Of a stretch of 64,000 nt of DNA, positions 33,643-48,137 are shown in pieces. The stretch covers positions 320,001 through 384,000 of the forward strand of contig CBDDDZ010000005.1 of the NCBI GenBank assembly GCA_965226795.1, read 5' to 3'. Each line of letters opens with the position of its first letter. Position 1 is the first letter of the stretch. The notes beneath the pieces were generated by a model. That model searched no databases and was not told the origin of the DNA. It saw nothing but the letters and a program-made list of their open reading frames with translations. This DNA is from Candidatus Latescibacterota bacterium (GTDB lineage Bacteria; Latescibacterota; UBA2968; GCA-2709665). A program made the translations under genes and the position numbers.

Positions 33643-35378
33643 TCACGCTTTGAAGGGCCGATACTCGACCAGCGCCGATCGTCCGACAATTTCCACGATT
33701 CGCACGGTCATCTCGACGCCATTTGCGTCGGTGAGTCGCAGGTCTTCGCCAAGCATGAAATGCACCGGCTGCTGCTGGCCCTGGTTGATGGCAATGTTGG
33801 ATGCGTAGAGATAGGTTCGGTCGAGGGTGTCGCGAATCGGATTCAAACGCCCGTTCAGCCCCGGAACCTGATCGCTCGCCTCAGAAAAAATAACGGCGCC
33901 ACCACCGTGAAGGGACTCAAGCTCGATGGTGAGCGCACCATCCGAGGGGATCCAGTCGCGTTCGCAGTGCGCGGCAAAGCCGTGAGCAGCGGCGAATACG
34001 GTCATTGGGAGATCGTCCTTATGCAGTCCGATACTCGCTTCACCCAGCGCATCCGTCGTCGCCTGTTTCCAGGTCTTGTTCGGGAACAGCACCAGCAATT
34101 CCGTATTGGCGAGCCCGAGGTCGCCGGCGCGCACGCTGATGAGTACACGGGTCGGACTCGGCTCGGTGGAGGCCGCCGGCAGCGTAACGCGAAGTTCCGC
34201 GCCCCCGACCAGGTCGAACCGTGGCAGACGCCCGGCGAGTTCCCGGGTTTCTCTGCGAATGACGGGTACGCCGTCACCGCGCCGCTCCATGATGAAGAGT
34301 CGCCCGCCCGCCCCCTGGATTCCGCTGGTTGGCATCCGGCCGAAGACCGAGGCGAGGACCTCGTTACGAGTTGCCTGGCGATATTCCAACTCTTCAACGG
34401 TGAGACTGTTGGCCAGTGCGCCGGGAGACTGGATTTCCACCCGGTCGGCGAACATGGAAAGTCGAATTCGGCTTCCGCGTATCGAATAGTCGCGGTGGGC
34501 AACGGCGTTGGCGAGAGCCTCGAACAGTGCCTCCGCGCTGTACTGGGGCAGATCCAGGCGTGCCGGGTCCTTGTACGCTCCCACGCGCATGTTGCGCACT
34601 GCGAAAGCGATCGCTTCGGCGATTTGCCTGTTGAGGGGACCGGTGATCACCTGGGTGTCGAGTTGGCCGGAAGCCCGATCGGTACCGCGGTAATGGGTCG
34701 CGGTGATGCAGGCATTTGGTAGCCATTCCTCAGGCGAGTGGCTGCAAAACAGGATACCGGCGACAGTCGCACGCAGCGTACCATGTTCGTCGAGTCCGAG
34801 AAGGCCCATTTTCTCCAGCGCCGTCTCCGGATCAGCCCTTCCTTCCGCGCTCAATAATGGTTTCCAGAGCGCCTCATCCAGCGTTCCCTTTCCGGTGTTG
34901 GGTACGGGCTGCTTGTCGAACCACAGGAACCGCGCCTGTCCACGCCGTTGTGCCAGGCGCAACCGTTCGCCGCTCGTCATTATGCGCTTTGTTCCGCCTA
35001 CCCGAACGTAACTACCCCCGGGGCTGTCATGTTGCGTTTCGCTCTGAGGCACTTCGACCAGAAGCAACCGTTTGCCATCCAGTTCTCTGTGATAGGTGTT
35101 TACACGAACGGAAGGCTTGATGGCGTCAGTGCTGATTTCTACCAGAGTGGAATCAAGTTCGACGATCTGTTCACGCGACATGCCCTGAATTTCACCCGCG
35201 TCGGTAGCGCCACAGAGCAGTATGCCGCCGTCCGAGTTGGTAAAAGCAGCGATTTCATCGGCCCAATCATCGCGGCTCGGATTTCTCGGACGGTTCCCCG
35301 AAAACTCGACCCGCTTGAATTCCCAATGGCTATCCTCGCCCAGGCGAAGTTGGCGCGCGATCCGCTGGTCAGTGTAGT

Positions 35379-35382
<4 letters not shown>
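33643..35382 (-). CDS. AlbA_2 (Schlafen-like) plus HATPase_c_4 domain protein; probable start codon ATA at 35382
   Basis: Frame is open 67 codons upstream of ATG 35181 ([21 protein letters not shown]); [27 protein letters not shown]. Confidence 0.82.
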
Positions 35383-37037
<1,655 letters not shown>

Positions 37038-37091
37038 CGTGTATAGCTCCCGTGTTTACCGTCCCTGAGCTAAGCCTTTGCACACCATTTA

Positions 37092-37120
37092 AGTATAATC
37101 CTTAATTATTGACAGTCAAT
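37092..37120 (-). promoter_or_regulatory. Sigma70-like hsdM promoter with a palindrome over the -35
   Basis: TTGACT-16 nt-TATACT on the minus strand; ATTGACAGTCAAT at 37108-37120. Confidence 0.6.
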
Positions 37121-37158
37121 GCAAAACAGGCAGTTTGGGACCGAGCCCGCCGCCCGGT

Positions 37159-37220
37159 GTCGCATTTTGTGACACTGCTATCGACGACGGTCATATGCGA
37201 TTTTTGTAGGGGCGGTTCGC
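37159..37220 (+). repeat. 62-bp imperfect direct repeat (partner 22679-22740)
   Basis: Ungapped alignment with 7 mismatches. Confidence 0.85.
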
Positions 37221-37423
37221 GAATTGGTGTTCACGTGAAGCGCGGGCATCTTGCCGGGCGGCCAAAACGCGTTCACCTCCCAATTACTCCCCCCACCGGC
37301 GCGCCTACGGGCTGGCGCCCCTGGCTTGCCGACTCCCCCTCAAGGGAGGAGTAACGCGCGATGTCCTGATGCGGTATCTCTGCCTGCGGGATAGGCGGGA
37401 GGCGGTTCCATCATACAATAACC

Positions 37424-37463
37424 AAAAAGGTTTGCGGGATATTCACGCAAACCTTTGTTTTTT
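37424..37463 (-). terminator. Intrinsic terminator-like hairpin after the tRNA
   Basis: 11-bp stem AAAGGTTTGCG/CGCAAACCTTT flanked by A/T runs. Confidence 0.65.
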
Positions 37464-37464
37464 A

Positions 37465-37540
37465 TGGTGGAGCTGATCGGGATCGAACCGATGACCTCAT
37501 GACTGCCAGTCATGCGCTCTCCCAGCTGAGCTACAGCCCC
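37465..37540 (-). tRNA. tRNA-Ala (GGC)
   Basis: GGGGCTGTAGCTCAGCTGGGAGAGCG..CATGA-CTGGCAG-TCATG..GGTTCGATCCC..CTCCACCA; 76 nt. Confidence 0.97.
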
Positions 37541-37561
37541 ACCTCTGGGCAATGTGGACGA

Positions 37562-37590
37562 AGTGTAACAAAGCGACCGCTACCTGTCAA
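37562..37590 (-). promoter_or_regulatory. Sigma70 promoter of the tRNA
   Basis: TTGACA-17 nt-TACACT. Confidence 0.75.
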
Positions 37591-37686
37591 GCGAAAAGGC
37601 TTGTATTGGGCCCTTCGGGGCGAGTGATTTCGGGTTGCTCGAACGCGCGCCGGAGCGCCTCGTCTGCGCCGCGCTTCCGCGAGTCG

Positions 37687-39807
<2,121 letters not shown>

Positions 39808-39863
39808 TTAAAGGCCCGCATGAGGTTTTTGGCCCATTGACGAGGACCTCCTCCGGCGAAAGA

Positions 39864-40739
39864 TCAGCGTGCGCCCGCGAGAATTGCCAGCAGCCCCAGT
39901 ACCATTCCGGCTTTGAGGAACCGGTTGACCTGGCGGAGGCGGCTTGTATCCGGGACGCGTCGCACGGAAAACATGACACCGACCAGCAAGGCATTCAGCG
40001 CACAAACGAGGATGAGATAGGGGAGCCCGTAGAGGTCCAGGATGTACGGTACCGGGGTAAGGAGAATCAGGAGCGCGTACGCGGCAATGGCCAGGCGGCA
40101 GGATCTGGCCGGTCCCCAGCCGAGGGGCAGGGTTCCGCCGGGCGCCATGCGGTCTCCGGGGATGTCTTGAGCGTCTTTGAGAATTTCCCTGCCGAAATGG
40201 TAGATGGCTGCAAACAGGGCGGGTACGGCGGCGGGAACGGGAGCGCGGACGGCGAACCCGCCGTAGAAGAAAGCCATGCCGCACAGAAGGCTTACCACAA
40301 CGTTGCCGGCAACCGGGATGTGTTTCAACCGCCGGTTATAGGCCACGAGGCAGCCGCAGGCGGCCGCGGCGGTCAGCATGGCTTCTGGAGGCAGCAAAAG
40401 GCCGAGGCCCAGGCCGAGCGCCAGGAAGAAAACGCCTTCAATGCGGGCTGCAAGGGGGTTGAGACGGGCGGAAGGAAGGGGCCGGTGTGGGTGGTTGATG
40501 CGATCGGATTCCAGATCCCACACGTCGTTGAGCGCATTCCCGCCGGCCATAACGGCTGCGGCGGAGAAAGCGGCAATCCAGAGCGACGCGGGAAGCGCGT
40601 GGAAACCCAGCCACCCGCCCAGGAGCACCGAGGCGAAGGTGATGAGACAGTTCTGAGGGCGCGTGATCTGGAGGCCCGCGCGAAAGGCGGCGGCTTCGGA
40701 AAGGTCAGACCGGAGCGGCGCCGGATTCTTTGAAGACAT
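39864..40739 (-). CDS. UbiA-family prenyltransferase, DGGGP-synthase-like
   Basis: NDVWDLESDRINHPHRPLPS and REILKDAQDIPGD; multi-pass membrane profile. Confidence 0.8.
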   Translation of the reverse strand: MSSKNPAPLRSDLSEAAAFRAGLQITRPQNCLITFASVLLGGWLGFHALPASLWIAAFSAAAVMAGGNALNDVWDLESDRINHPHRPLPSARLNPLAARIEGVFFLALGLGLGLLLPPEAMLTAAAACGCLVAYNRRLKHIPVAGNVVVSLLCGMAFFYGGFAVRAPVPAAVPALFAAIYHFGREILKDAQDIPGDRMAPGGTLPLGWGPARSCRLAIAAYALLILLTPVPYILDLYGLPYLILVCALNALLVGVMFSVRRVPDTSRLRQVNRFLKAGMVLGLLAILAGAR

Positions 40740-42408
40740 CGGCGGCGTCCCGAATGGAATACCGGTAACCCTGTTCGGTAAGAAACGTCTGGCGCTTGCG
40801 GGCGAATTCCAATTCCCGGGTATCCGTGGTCACCAGGGTGTAGAAGTGCGCCAGGCTGCCATTGGTCTTGGGTCGGAGAATGCGTCCCAACCGCTGGGCT
40901 TCTTCCTGGCGTGAACCGAATGTCCCGGAAATCTGGATGGCCACGTTGGCATCCGGCAGGTCGACGGCGAAGTTGGCTACCTTGGAGACGACCAGAAGTC
41001 GGATATCGCCCTGCCGGAAACGCTCGTATAACCGGTCGCGCTCGTGGCTGGGGGTTTTGCCTGTAATGATTGGCGCATCCAGTTCTCTGGCGAAGGCTTC
41101 GACCTGGTTGACATACTTGCCAATCACCAGGATCTGATCCTTGTCGTGTTTTCGGATGAGTTGTTTTGCCAGAGGGATTTTGGACGGATTCTCCGAGGCG
41201 ATCCGGAATTTACCGCGGCCCCCGGCAACGGCGTAGTCCAGTCTCAGATGCTGCGGCAACGGGAGGCGGATCTCACGGCATTCCGCTGTGGCTATCCAGC
41301 CCCGGGACTCCAGATCACGCCAGGGCACGTCGAAGCGTTTCGGGCCAATGAGACTGAAGACGTCCGCTTCGAGACCGTCTTCCCGTACCAGCGTGGCGGT
41401 GAGGCCCAGCCTGCGTCTCGCCTGGAGTTCGGCGGTAAAGCGGAAGACGGGCGCGGGCAACAGATGAACTTCGTCGTACAGGATAATTCCCCAGTTGCCC
41501 TGGTTGAAGATGGCGAAGTGTGGAAATGCATCGCCCTTTTTCTTTCGATAGGTGAGGATATTGTACGTAGCGATGGTGATGGGCCGAATTTCTTTGACTT
41601 CCCCTGAATATTCGCCGATCTGGTCCGCCTTCAGGTCTGTCTTGTCCAGCAGTTCCGCTTTCCATTGGCGAGAGGCGGTGATGTTGGTGGTGAGGATGAG
41701 CGCCTGGGTCTGAAGGCGTTCGATCGCGGCGATACCCACGATGGTTTTTCCCGAGCCGCAGGGCAGAACCACCACGCCGCTGCCCCCTTCCGGCCCGCCG
41801 CCAGCGTGAAAGATCTCCATGGCCTCCCGCTGGTAGTCGCGCAGGTGAAACGGAGCGCCCGACCGCGCGATGGCTCGTCGACGCAGCGTCAGATTCCGGC
41901 CGGGTACGTACCCGGCGAGATCCTTGACGGGAAAGCCGATGCGGGTGAGCGCCTGTTTAAGGTGGCCCCGGTAAAGCAGGTCGACTTTGATGCGATGCGC
42001 GTCAATCTTGCGATTCAGATAGGGCCGCACGGATTTGTGATGGCAGATTTCGGTGATCAGCAGCGGATCGTCGGCGGAGAGAATGAGGTCGTTCCCGGAT
42101 CGTTCCAGTCGAATTCGACCGTATCGCCCGAGGGTCTCCCGGATTTCAACGGAGACGTTCTGCGGGATCTCATATTTGCTGAATGATTCCAGAGCGCCGA
42201 TGATTTCGTCGGCCGTGATACCTGCCGCCGCGGCGTTCCAGAGCGATAGCGGGCTGACGCGATAGGTGTGAATGTATTCGGGGCTTTTTTCCAGCTCGGC
42301 AAAGCGGGCAAGAACGCCCCGGGCGGCTTCGTAACGTGGTCCGCCGACCTCCGCAAGAACCGACATGTCGCTCTGCACAATTAGTGGATTTTGGGAATTG
42401 TATGACAT
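40705..42408 (-). CDS. XPB/Ssl2-like SF2 helicase
   Basis: NPLIVQSD..ELEKSPEYIHTYR; LPCGSGKT; DEVHLLPA; QRLGRILRPK. Confidence 0.92.
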   Translation of the reverse strand: MSYNSQNPLIVQSDMSVLAEVGGPRYEAARGVLARFAELEKSPEYIHTYRVSPLSLWNAAAAGITADEIIGALESFSKYEIPQNVSVEIRETLGRYGRIRLERSGNDLILSADDPLLITEICHHKSVRPYLNRKIDAHRIKVDLLYRGHLKQALTRIGFPVKDLAGYVPGRNLTLRRRAIARSGAPFHLRDYQREAMEIFHAGGGPEGGSGVVVLPCGSGKTIVGIAAIERLQTQALILTTNITASRQWKAELLDKTDLKADQIGEYSGEVKEIRPITIATYNILTYRKKKGDAFPHFAIFNQGNWGIILYDEVHLLPAPVFRFTAELQARRRLGLTATLVREDGLEADVFSLIGPKRFDVPWRDLESRGWIATAECREIRLPLPQHLRLDYAVAGGRGKFRIASENPSKIPLAKQLIRKHDKDQILVIGKYVNQVEAFARELDAPIITGKTPSHERDRLYERFRQGDIRLLVVSKVANFAVDLPDANVAIQISGTFGSRQEEAQRLGRILRPKTNGSLAHFYTLVTTDTRELEFARKRQTFLTEQGYRYSIRDAADVFKESGAAPV

Positions 42409-42601
42409 AGAGGCTGGAGAAGGGCGGGCAGTCTCCGGGAGAGAGCCGGGAAGGTTGGGACGCTGTTCCGGGATGTCTTCGCGTACCCGGTCGGACATCC
42501 GAAATCGGCGTCCATTCAGGCCGATGGCCTGCCGCAAGGGAGCCCTCGGCCTGAATGTGAATTGAGCTTGCGCCGGGCGCCGTGAGTTATGGGTCCGTAA
42601 T

Positions 42602-44089
42602 TTATGCCGCGTCCGCGGAATCGGATTGGCGTTCTCCCTCGAATTGTGCGACGACCGCGGCGCCGATGGCGTCGCCCCAGACGTTGACGGTGGTGCGGCA
42701 GCGGTCCAGGAACCAGTCGATGACCAGGATAAGGGTGATGCCCTCGATGGGCAGGCCCACGGCTCGCAGGACGATGACCATGGTCACCAGACCGGCCTCG
42801 GGAATTCCGGCGGCGCCGATGGCGGCCAGGGTGGCGGTGAGAAAGATGATGACCATTTCAACCGGACCCATCGTGATGCCGTAGACCTGCGCGATGAAAA
42901 TGGCGGCTACGGCTTCATAAAGCGCGGTACCATCCATATTGATGGTGGCGCCAAGCGGCAATACGAAGCTCGAGACCCGTTTGGAGACGCCGTTTCGCTT
43001 GGTAACGCAATCGATCGTGAGCGGCAACGTCGCCGAACTGGAAGCCGTGGAAAAAGCCGTGCCAAGGGCCGGGAGCTGATTGTGTCCGTATTTTTTGACG
43101 TTTCTCTTGCCAAAGAAGCGGAGGATCAACGGGAGGACGATCAGACCGTGGATCAACAGGGCCAGAATAACTGTGGAGGCGTACCACCCGAGCTTGGTAA
43201 GCTCCGGCAGAAAACCCGCCCAGCCGCCGCTGCTGCCCATGCGTCCGGCAATCAGACCGAATATCCCCACGGGAGCGAAACCGATGACGATGTGTACAAT
43301 CTTCATAATGGCGTCGTTGATGCCCGCAATGACGTCGATAACCGGACGGGTCCGGTTCCCGAGAGTGGTCAGCACGCCGCCGAAGAGCAGGGAGAAGACG
43401 ATCAGTGGCAGGACATCGGTTTCGACCATGGCCTTAAATATGTTGACCGGGATCATGCCAACGAGCATGTCGACAAATATATCGACAACAGAGCGGTCCT
43501 TCCCTCTTACCCGTTCGGACATTCCCAGGTCGACGTGGACGCCAAGGCCGGAAGGCATCGGCACGACGGCTTCCCGTGTGTCCCGGTCGAGCCAGCCTTC
43601 CACCCGGAGGTTGTCGGACGTGTGTCTTGCATCGGCGTCGATCGAGCCCACGATATTCTGGTCCGCCAGCAGAACCTGGTAACGGCCGTCGTAACCGGAT
43701 TCGGATAGCTTGGCGTTCTGCAGGCGCACCCAGTTGTCCTCAACCGTATACCGGGCGCCATCCAGAGATTCGCCAGCCGACACACCCACGCCCGGCCTGA
43801 TAATGTTGACCAGAATGAGCCCGACGAGGACGGCCATGCCGGTCGTCACCATATAATACATAATGGTGCGCTTGCCGATGCTGCCCAGCCTGCGAACGTC
43901 TCCCAGGTTCGTGATGCCGATGATCATCGAGGCAACCACGAGCGGAACCACGATCATTTTGAGCGCGTTGAGAAAGATCTCGCCCAGAAATTTGACGTGC
44001 AACGCCTGCTCGGGGAACAGGCCGCCGAACAGAGCGCCCAACAGAATGGCGAGCAGGATGTAAATCAGAAACCGGTTGTGTTGCGACAT
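42602..44089 (-). CDS. Dicarboxylate/amino acid:cation symporter
   Basis: AFSTASSSATLP and GATINMDGTALYE. Confidence 0.93.
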   Translation of the reverse strand: MSQHNRFLIYILLAILLGALFGGLFPEQALHVKFLGEIFLNALKMIVVPLVVASMIIGITNLGDVRRLGSIGKRTIMYYMVTTGMAVLVGLILVNIIRPGVGVSAGESLDGARYTVEDNWVRLQNAKLSESGYDGRYQVLLADQNIVGSIDADARHTSDNLRVEGWLDRDTREAVVPMPSGLGVHVDLGMSERVRGKDRSVVDIFVDMLVGMIPVNIFKAMVETDVLPLIVFSLLFGGVLTTLGNRTRPVIDVIAGINDAIMKIVHIVIGFAPVGIFGLIAGRMGSSGGWAGFLPELTKLGWYASTVILALLIHGLIVLPLILRFFGKRNVKKYGHNQLPALGTAFSTASSSATLPLTIDCVTKRNGVSKRVSSFVLPLGATINMDGTALYEAVAAIFIAQVYGITMGPVEMVIIFLTATLAAIGAAGIPEAGLVTMVIVLRAVGLPIEGITLILVIDWFLDRCRTTVNVWGDAIGAAVVAQFEGERQSDSADAA

Positions 44090-44427
44090 TGCGATACGCT
44101 CCCAGGTAAGGAATTCTGCCTGTGATTCTGAAAGGATTGGCCGGATCATCCGTGTTGGATAACGAATCTTAAGGATACGTAGACCGGATATGTTTGTCAA
44201 TTGGTTTCGTGCGGGCCGAGCCGGCAGCGAAAAGAAAGAAAATAATTTGACTTTAACGGTTGGTTTACATAATTTTATATGCCTTATAATATAAAATGGG
44301 TCAGTCGTTTCTGGCGTCCTTGTTACACTCTGCCGACGTGTGTTGTCACTCTATGGGGCGGGGTGCTGCCGGTTTATTGCAGCCCATTTCGGGAGGAGCC
44401 ACAAACCAGGTGGATGGGAGGGTACGG

Positions 44428-44619
44428 ATGGAAAATCAATTTACACAGTGTCTGAAGTGCAATACGGGTATCTTGCTTCCTTTGTCCGACTACGGGCGCG
44501 ATGGCGCGCCTATTCACTATAAGGCCTGGGTCTGCAATAGCCCCGATTGCGGGTTCAACCTGCGTATCGATAACGGCGAAATCAGCATGGGAAGAAACAT
44601 CGCCGAGTCGTACAAATAA
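44428..44619 (+). CDS. Small zinc-ribbon-like protein (63 aa)
   Basis: GGGAGG RBS; CLKC..CNSPDC. Confidence 0.7.
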   Translation: MENQFTQCLKCNTGILLPLSDYGRDGAPIHYKAWVCNSPDCGFNLRIDNGEISMGRNIAESYK

Positions 44620-44915
44620 CCCGATTCCGCATACTGGAACGACATATCCCATCCCGGGTGACGACCATGCCGGACGGGCCCCGCTCGAGGGCTCGCGTTC
44701 CGGGAGCCCGGGATTGATGTATCCGATGTCCTCGCTACCCACGGGATTCTTCGCGGCCCTGATGTGTCTTCGCCATCGCGCGCCGTCTCCACTTTTGAAG
44801 GTTTTGTTCAACCGGTTTTCGATTTCTTTCCCGCCTCCCATGGGGCCATCTCCCGTTTAACGGGGGTGGCGCTTTATTTCTGCCATCCGCTCCCCTCTGG
44901 TTCTTTAACATTCAG

Positions 44916-45971
44916 ATGTCTTTCCAATTCAGGGACTCCGGGCAGCCGGTATGGGATCGTCCTGTACTGGGCATTGAAACCTCGTGTGACGAAACGGCTG
45001 CCGCGGTTGTGGCCGGTGGCTGTATTCTGTCTAATGTCATTTTTTCCCAGACAGAACACAGTCTCTACGGCGGTGTGGTTCCCGAACTCGCGTCACGGAA
45101 CCACGTGCGCAAGATCGTGCCGGTTGTACGCGAGGCCCTGCACCAGGCCGGCATCCCGCTGAATGAACTCGGTGGGATCGCGGTCACTCGCGGACCGGGC
45201 CTTGTCGGGTGCCTGCTGGTGGGTATCTCGACCGCCAAGGGGCTTGCGCTTGGCAGTGGCCGTCCGCTGATCGGCGTCCATCATATCGAGGGGCATCTCT
45301 TTGCCGGACTGTTTGGGGATCCCGAACTGCGCCCCCCGTTTCTGGCCCTTGTGATTTCCGGAGGCCATACCCAGTTGATCCACGTACGCCGGTGGGGGCT
45401 GTACGAAATCTGCGGTGAAACAAGGGACGACGCAGCGGGGGAAGCCTTCGACAAGGTGGCCAAGATGCTGGGCGTGTTGAAAGCGGGCGAGACCACCATG
45501 GGCGGACCGGTGATTGCCGAACTGGCGGAACAGGGTGACGCCAGTGCGTTTGGGTTTCCGAGAGGGCTCCAGCGTCAGGAGGGATTCGAGTTCAGCTTCA
45601 GCGGGATCAAGACATCGGTATTGTACCACCTTAAAAGCCGGCCTGAAGCCGTCGGGGAGGCTGAACAGGCAGATATAGCGGCAAGTTTTCAGGCCGCGGT
45701 TGTCGACGTGCTCGTGGAAAAGACGATGAAAGCGGCAGGCGCTCTGGATCTGGGACGGATACTGTTGACGGGCGGGGTTGCGGCGAATCGGCGGTTGCGG
45801 GTAGAAATGGAGCGCGCCGCCCGCGAAAGCGGGGTTGAGGTCTGTTTTCCGCCGCAGGTTCTTTGTACGGACAACGCGGCGATGATTGCCTGCGCAGGCG
45901 CCTTCCGGCTGCGCAGAGGCGAGCGATCGGGGCGAGACCTGGATGCCGATCCGAGAATGAAGCTGGTTTGA
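44916..45971 (+). CDS. tsaD: t6A37 threonylcarbamoyltransferase
   Basis: LGIETSCDET, HHIEGH, DDAAGEAFDK, CTDNAAMI. Confidence 0.97.
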   Translation: MSFQFRDSGQPVWDRPVLGIETSCDETAAAVVAGGCILSNVIFSQTEHSLYGGVVPELASRNHVRKIVPVVREALHQAGIPLNELGGIAVTRGPGLVGCLLVGISTAKGLALGSGRPLIGVHHIEGHLFAGLFGDPELRPPFLALVISGGHTQLIHVRRWGLYEICGETRDDAAGEAFDKVAKMLGVLKAGETTMGGPVIAELAEQGDASAFGFPRGLQRQEGFEFSFSGIKTSVLYHLKSRPEAVGEAEQADIAASFQAAVVDVLVEKTMKAAGALDLGRILLTGGVAANRRLRVEMERAARESGVEVCFPPQVLCTDNAAMIACAGAFRLRRGERSGRDLDADPRMKLV

Positions 45972-45974
45972 CTT

Positions 45975-48137
45975 ATGTTTCAGTTGTCCGATTTGGATCT
46001 GAGCTTGAGCGATGGATTGTTGCTGGGTTTGCTTGCGCCGGTTTGTGTGTACCTGGCCTGGCAGGTGTACCGCGTCCGAAAACATGGATTCCGGTTGGTA
46101 CGGTGGTTGCTTGTATTGCGGTGCATAGCGTTTCTTCTGCTGCTGGCGTTGATGATGGAACCCGTTCTTGCACTCACGATGCGGCGCGAGCGCAAGCCGC
46201 TTGTGGCTGTCCTGCTGGACGATAGCGAGAGTATGCGCATCGAGGATAACGGGCGGAAGCGCAGCGATCTCGCGGTTGGCCTCCTGAAGAGTGGTGTGTT
46301 CGAAGAACTGGAAACGCGCGCCCGGGTGGCCTGGTATCGCTTCTCCGAGTGGATGGCGCCCATGGCGCCAACGGGCGTGGATTCGCTGCGCTTCGACGGG
46401 CGGGCAACGGACCTGGCTGCGGCGCTGGATATGCTGCGCGACAAAACGGCTGGCGAGGGATTGGTCGCGGCGGTGTTGATTTCCGACGGGGTTCACAACC
46501 TCGGCGCAAGGCCGGAACGGGCCGCCCTCGAGTTGGGTGCGCCCGTGTTTGCGGTGGGTGTGGGGAAGGCGGATGCGCCGAAGGATGTGGCGATTGTTTC
46601 CGCCGTATGCGATCCGATGGTATACGTCGGACGACCGCTTTCGATTTCGGTGGGGCTTAAGTCAAGCGGATGTGAAGGCGCTGAATCGTTGTTGTTTGTC
46701 GAAGAGGGCGGGCGCCGTGTTGCGGAGGCGCCGGTCACGCTGTCGGACGGCGAGCAGGAGGTCCGGTTTTCCGTCTCGCCCGATCGGGCCGGCCGGCGTG
46801 TATATCGGATTCATATTGCCTCTCAGCAGGCAGAACGTTCGACCGCGAACAACACCGCCGTCGTTTCCGCGGAGGTCATCGAAAGCCGTCTGCGCGTTCT
46901 GATGGTCGCGGGTTCCCCCAGTGCGGATCTCGCCTATGTGCGCCGGTTGCTGGAGGCTAACGAGAATCTGCAAGTGGAGGTGCTGGTTGGCCGCAATACG
47001 GGCGAATGGCCTTTTCGGATGCGGGCGGAATTGACCGATCCGGATGAACTCGTCGTCCTGTTCGATCTGCCCGGCGAAATGCTTTCGGGGCAATTCGGCC
47101 GCGGGCTGGCCGAATTTGTGGAAAAGGGCGGCGCGTTGCTCGTGGTGGGTGGACGGGCGGGATTCAACGGGGCATACGCGCGGTCGCCAATTGCGCGGGT
47201 GCTGCCGATCCTGTGTTCTCCGGACGCGAGCACGTATCGGGAGGCATCATTCCGGCCTGAATTGTCACGGTCCGGAACTTTGCATCCCATTCTCCGGGTC
47301 TCGGACGACCCGCTGGGGGACCGACAGGCCTGGGGGGATCTGCCGCCGCTTCTGGCCTGCAATGTGAATAAAGGTCTTCGAGGGGACGCCGAAACCCTGC
47401 TCTATCATCCGATCGAACGTAGTGGCGGCGGAAAGATGCCTCTGGTTGCGGTGGGTCGCGCAGGCGCGGGTAAGGTGATGGCCGTGGCGGTCAGGACGTT
47501 CTGGCGGCTCAGTCTCATGATGTGGGGCGTGGGCAAGAACGATGAGGTTTCGAAGGCGTTCTGGACAAATTCCGTGCAGTGGCTGGTAAAACGTGAGGAT
47601 GTCGCCCGGGTTCAGGTGGAAGTGGACAAACCGGTCTATCGCAGCGGCGCTCCGGTAACGTTCCACGCCCGTGTCTTCAACGAGTTGCTTCAGCCGCAGG
47701 AGGGAGCCCGCGTGGTGCTCTCCGTGATGGATGAGGACCGCGTGCGGCAGACGATTTTGGATGATGAAGGCCAGGGACGCTATCGGGGGCAATTGAAAGC
47801 GGGCGTCCAGGGAGATTATGCGTTTGAAGTACGGGCTCGCATGGGCGGCGTCGATCTGGGGAGCGGCGCCGGCCGGTTCACCGTGGGCCGGTACAGTCTG
47901 GAATTTGAAGACATGCGAATGAACCGGGATCTTCTGGAAAGTCTGGCTGCGCAGAGCGGGGGCGTCTATGCGGCGCCGGATCGTTTGAGCGCGGTTCTGA
48001 ACGATCTTGACCTGGCGCCCCAGCCGGTGACGGAGTCGTACCGGACCCGGCTGTGGGGGAGACCGTGGCCGCTTTTCGTTCTCATCGGGCTCCTTGGCGT
48101 GGAATGGACGGCCAGACGCAGGTGGGGAATGATATGA
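45975..48137 (+). CDS. Membrane vWA/GATase-like domain protein
   Basis: DDSESM MIDAS-like motif, LISDG, terminal TM segment with EW..RRRWG. Confidence 0.75.
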   Translation: MFQLSDLDLSLSDGLLLGLLAPVCVYLAWQVYRVRKHGFRLVRWLLVLRCIAFLLLLALMMEPVLALTMRRERKPLVAVLLDDSESMRIEDNGRKRSDLAVGLLKSGVFEELETRARVAWYRFSEWMAPMAPTGVDSLRFDGRATDLAAALDMLRDKTAGEGLVAAVLISDGVHNLGARPERAALELGAPVFAVGVGKADAPKDVAIVSAVCDPMVYVGRPLSISVGLKSSGCEGAESLLFVEEGGRRVAEAPVTLSDGEQEVRFSVSPDRAGRRVYRIHIASQQAERSTANNTAVVSAEVIESRLRVLMVAGSPSADLAYVRRLLEANENLQVEVLVGRNTGEWPFRMRAELTDPDELVVLFDLPGEMLSGQFGRGLAEFVEKGGALLVVGGRAGFNGAYARSPIARVLPILCSPDASTYREASFRPELSRSGTLHPILRVSDDPLGDRQAWGDLPPLLACNVNKGLRGDAETLLYHPIERSGGGKMPLVAVGRAGAGKVMAVAVRTFWRLSLMMWGVGKNDEVSKAFWTNSVQWLVKREDVARVQVEVDKPVYRSGAPVTFHARVFNELLQPQEGARVVLSVMDEDRVRQTILDDEGQGRYRGQLKAGVQGDYAFEVRARMGGVDLGSGAGRFTVGRYSLEFEDMRMNRDLLESLAAQSGGVYAAPDRLSAVLNDLDLAPQPVTESYRTRLWGRPWPLFVLIGLLGVEWTARRRWGMI

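Noticed and set aside
37465..37540. Integrase-driven island or prophage at tRNA-Ala
   Set aside because: No integrase, phage genes or duplicated tRNA 3' end seen.
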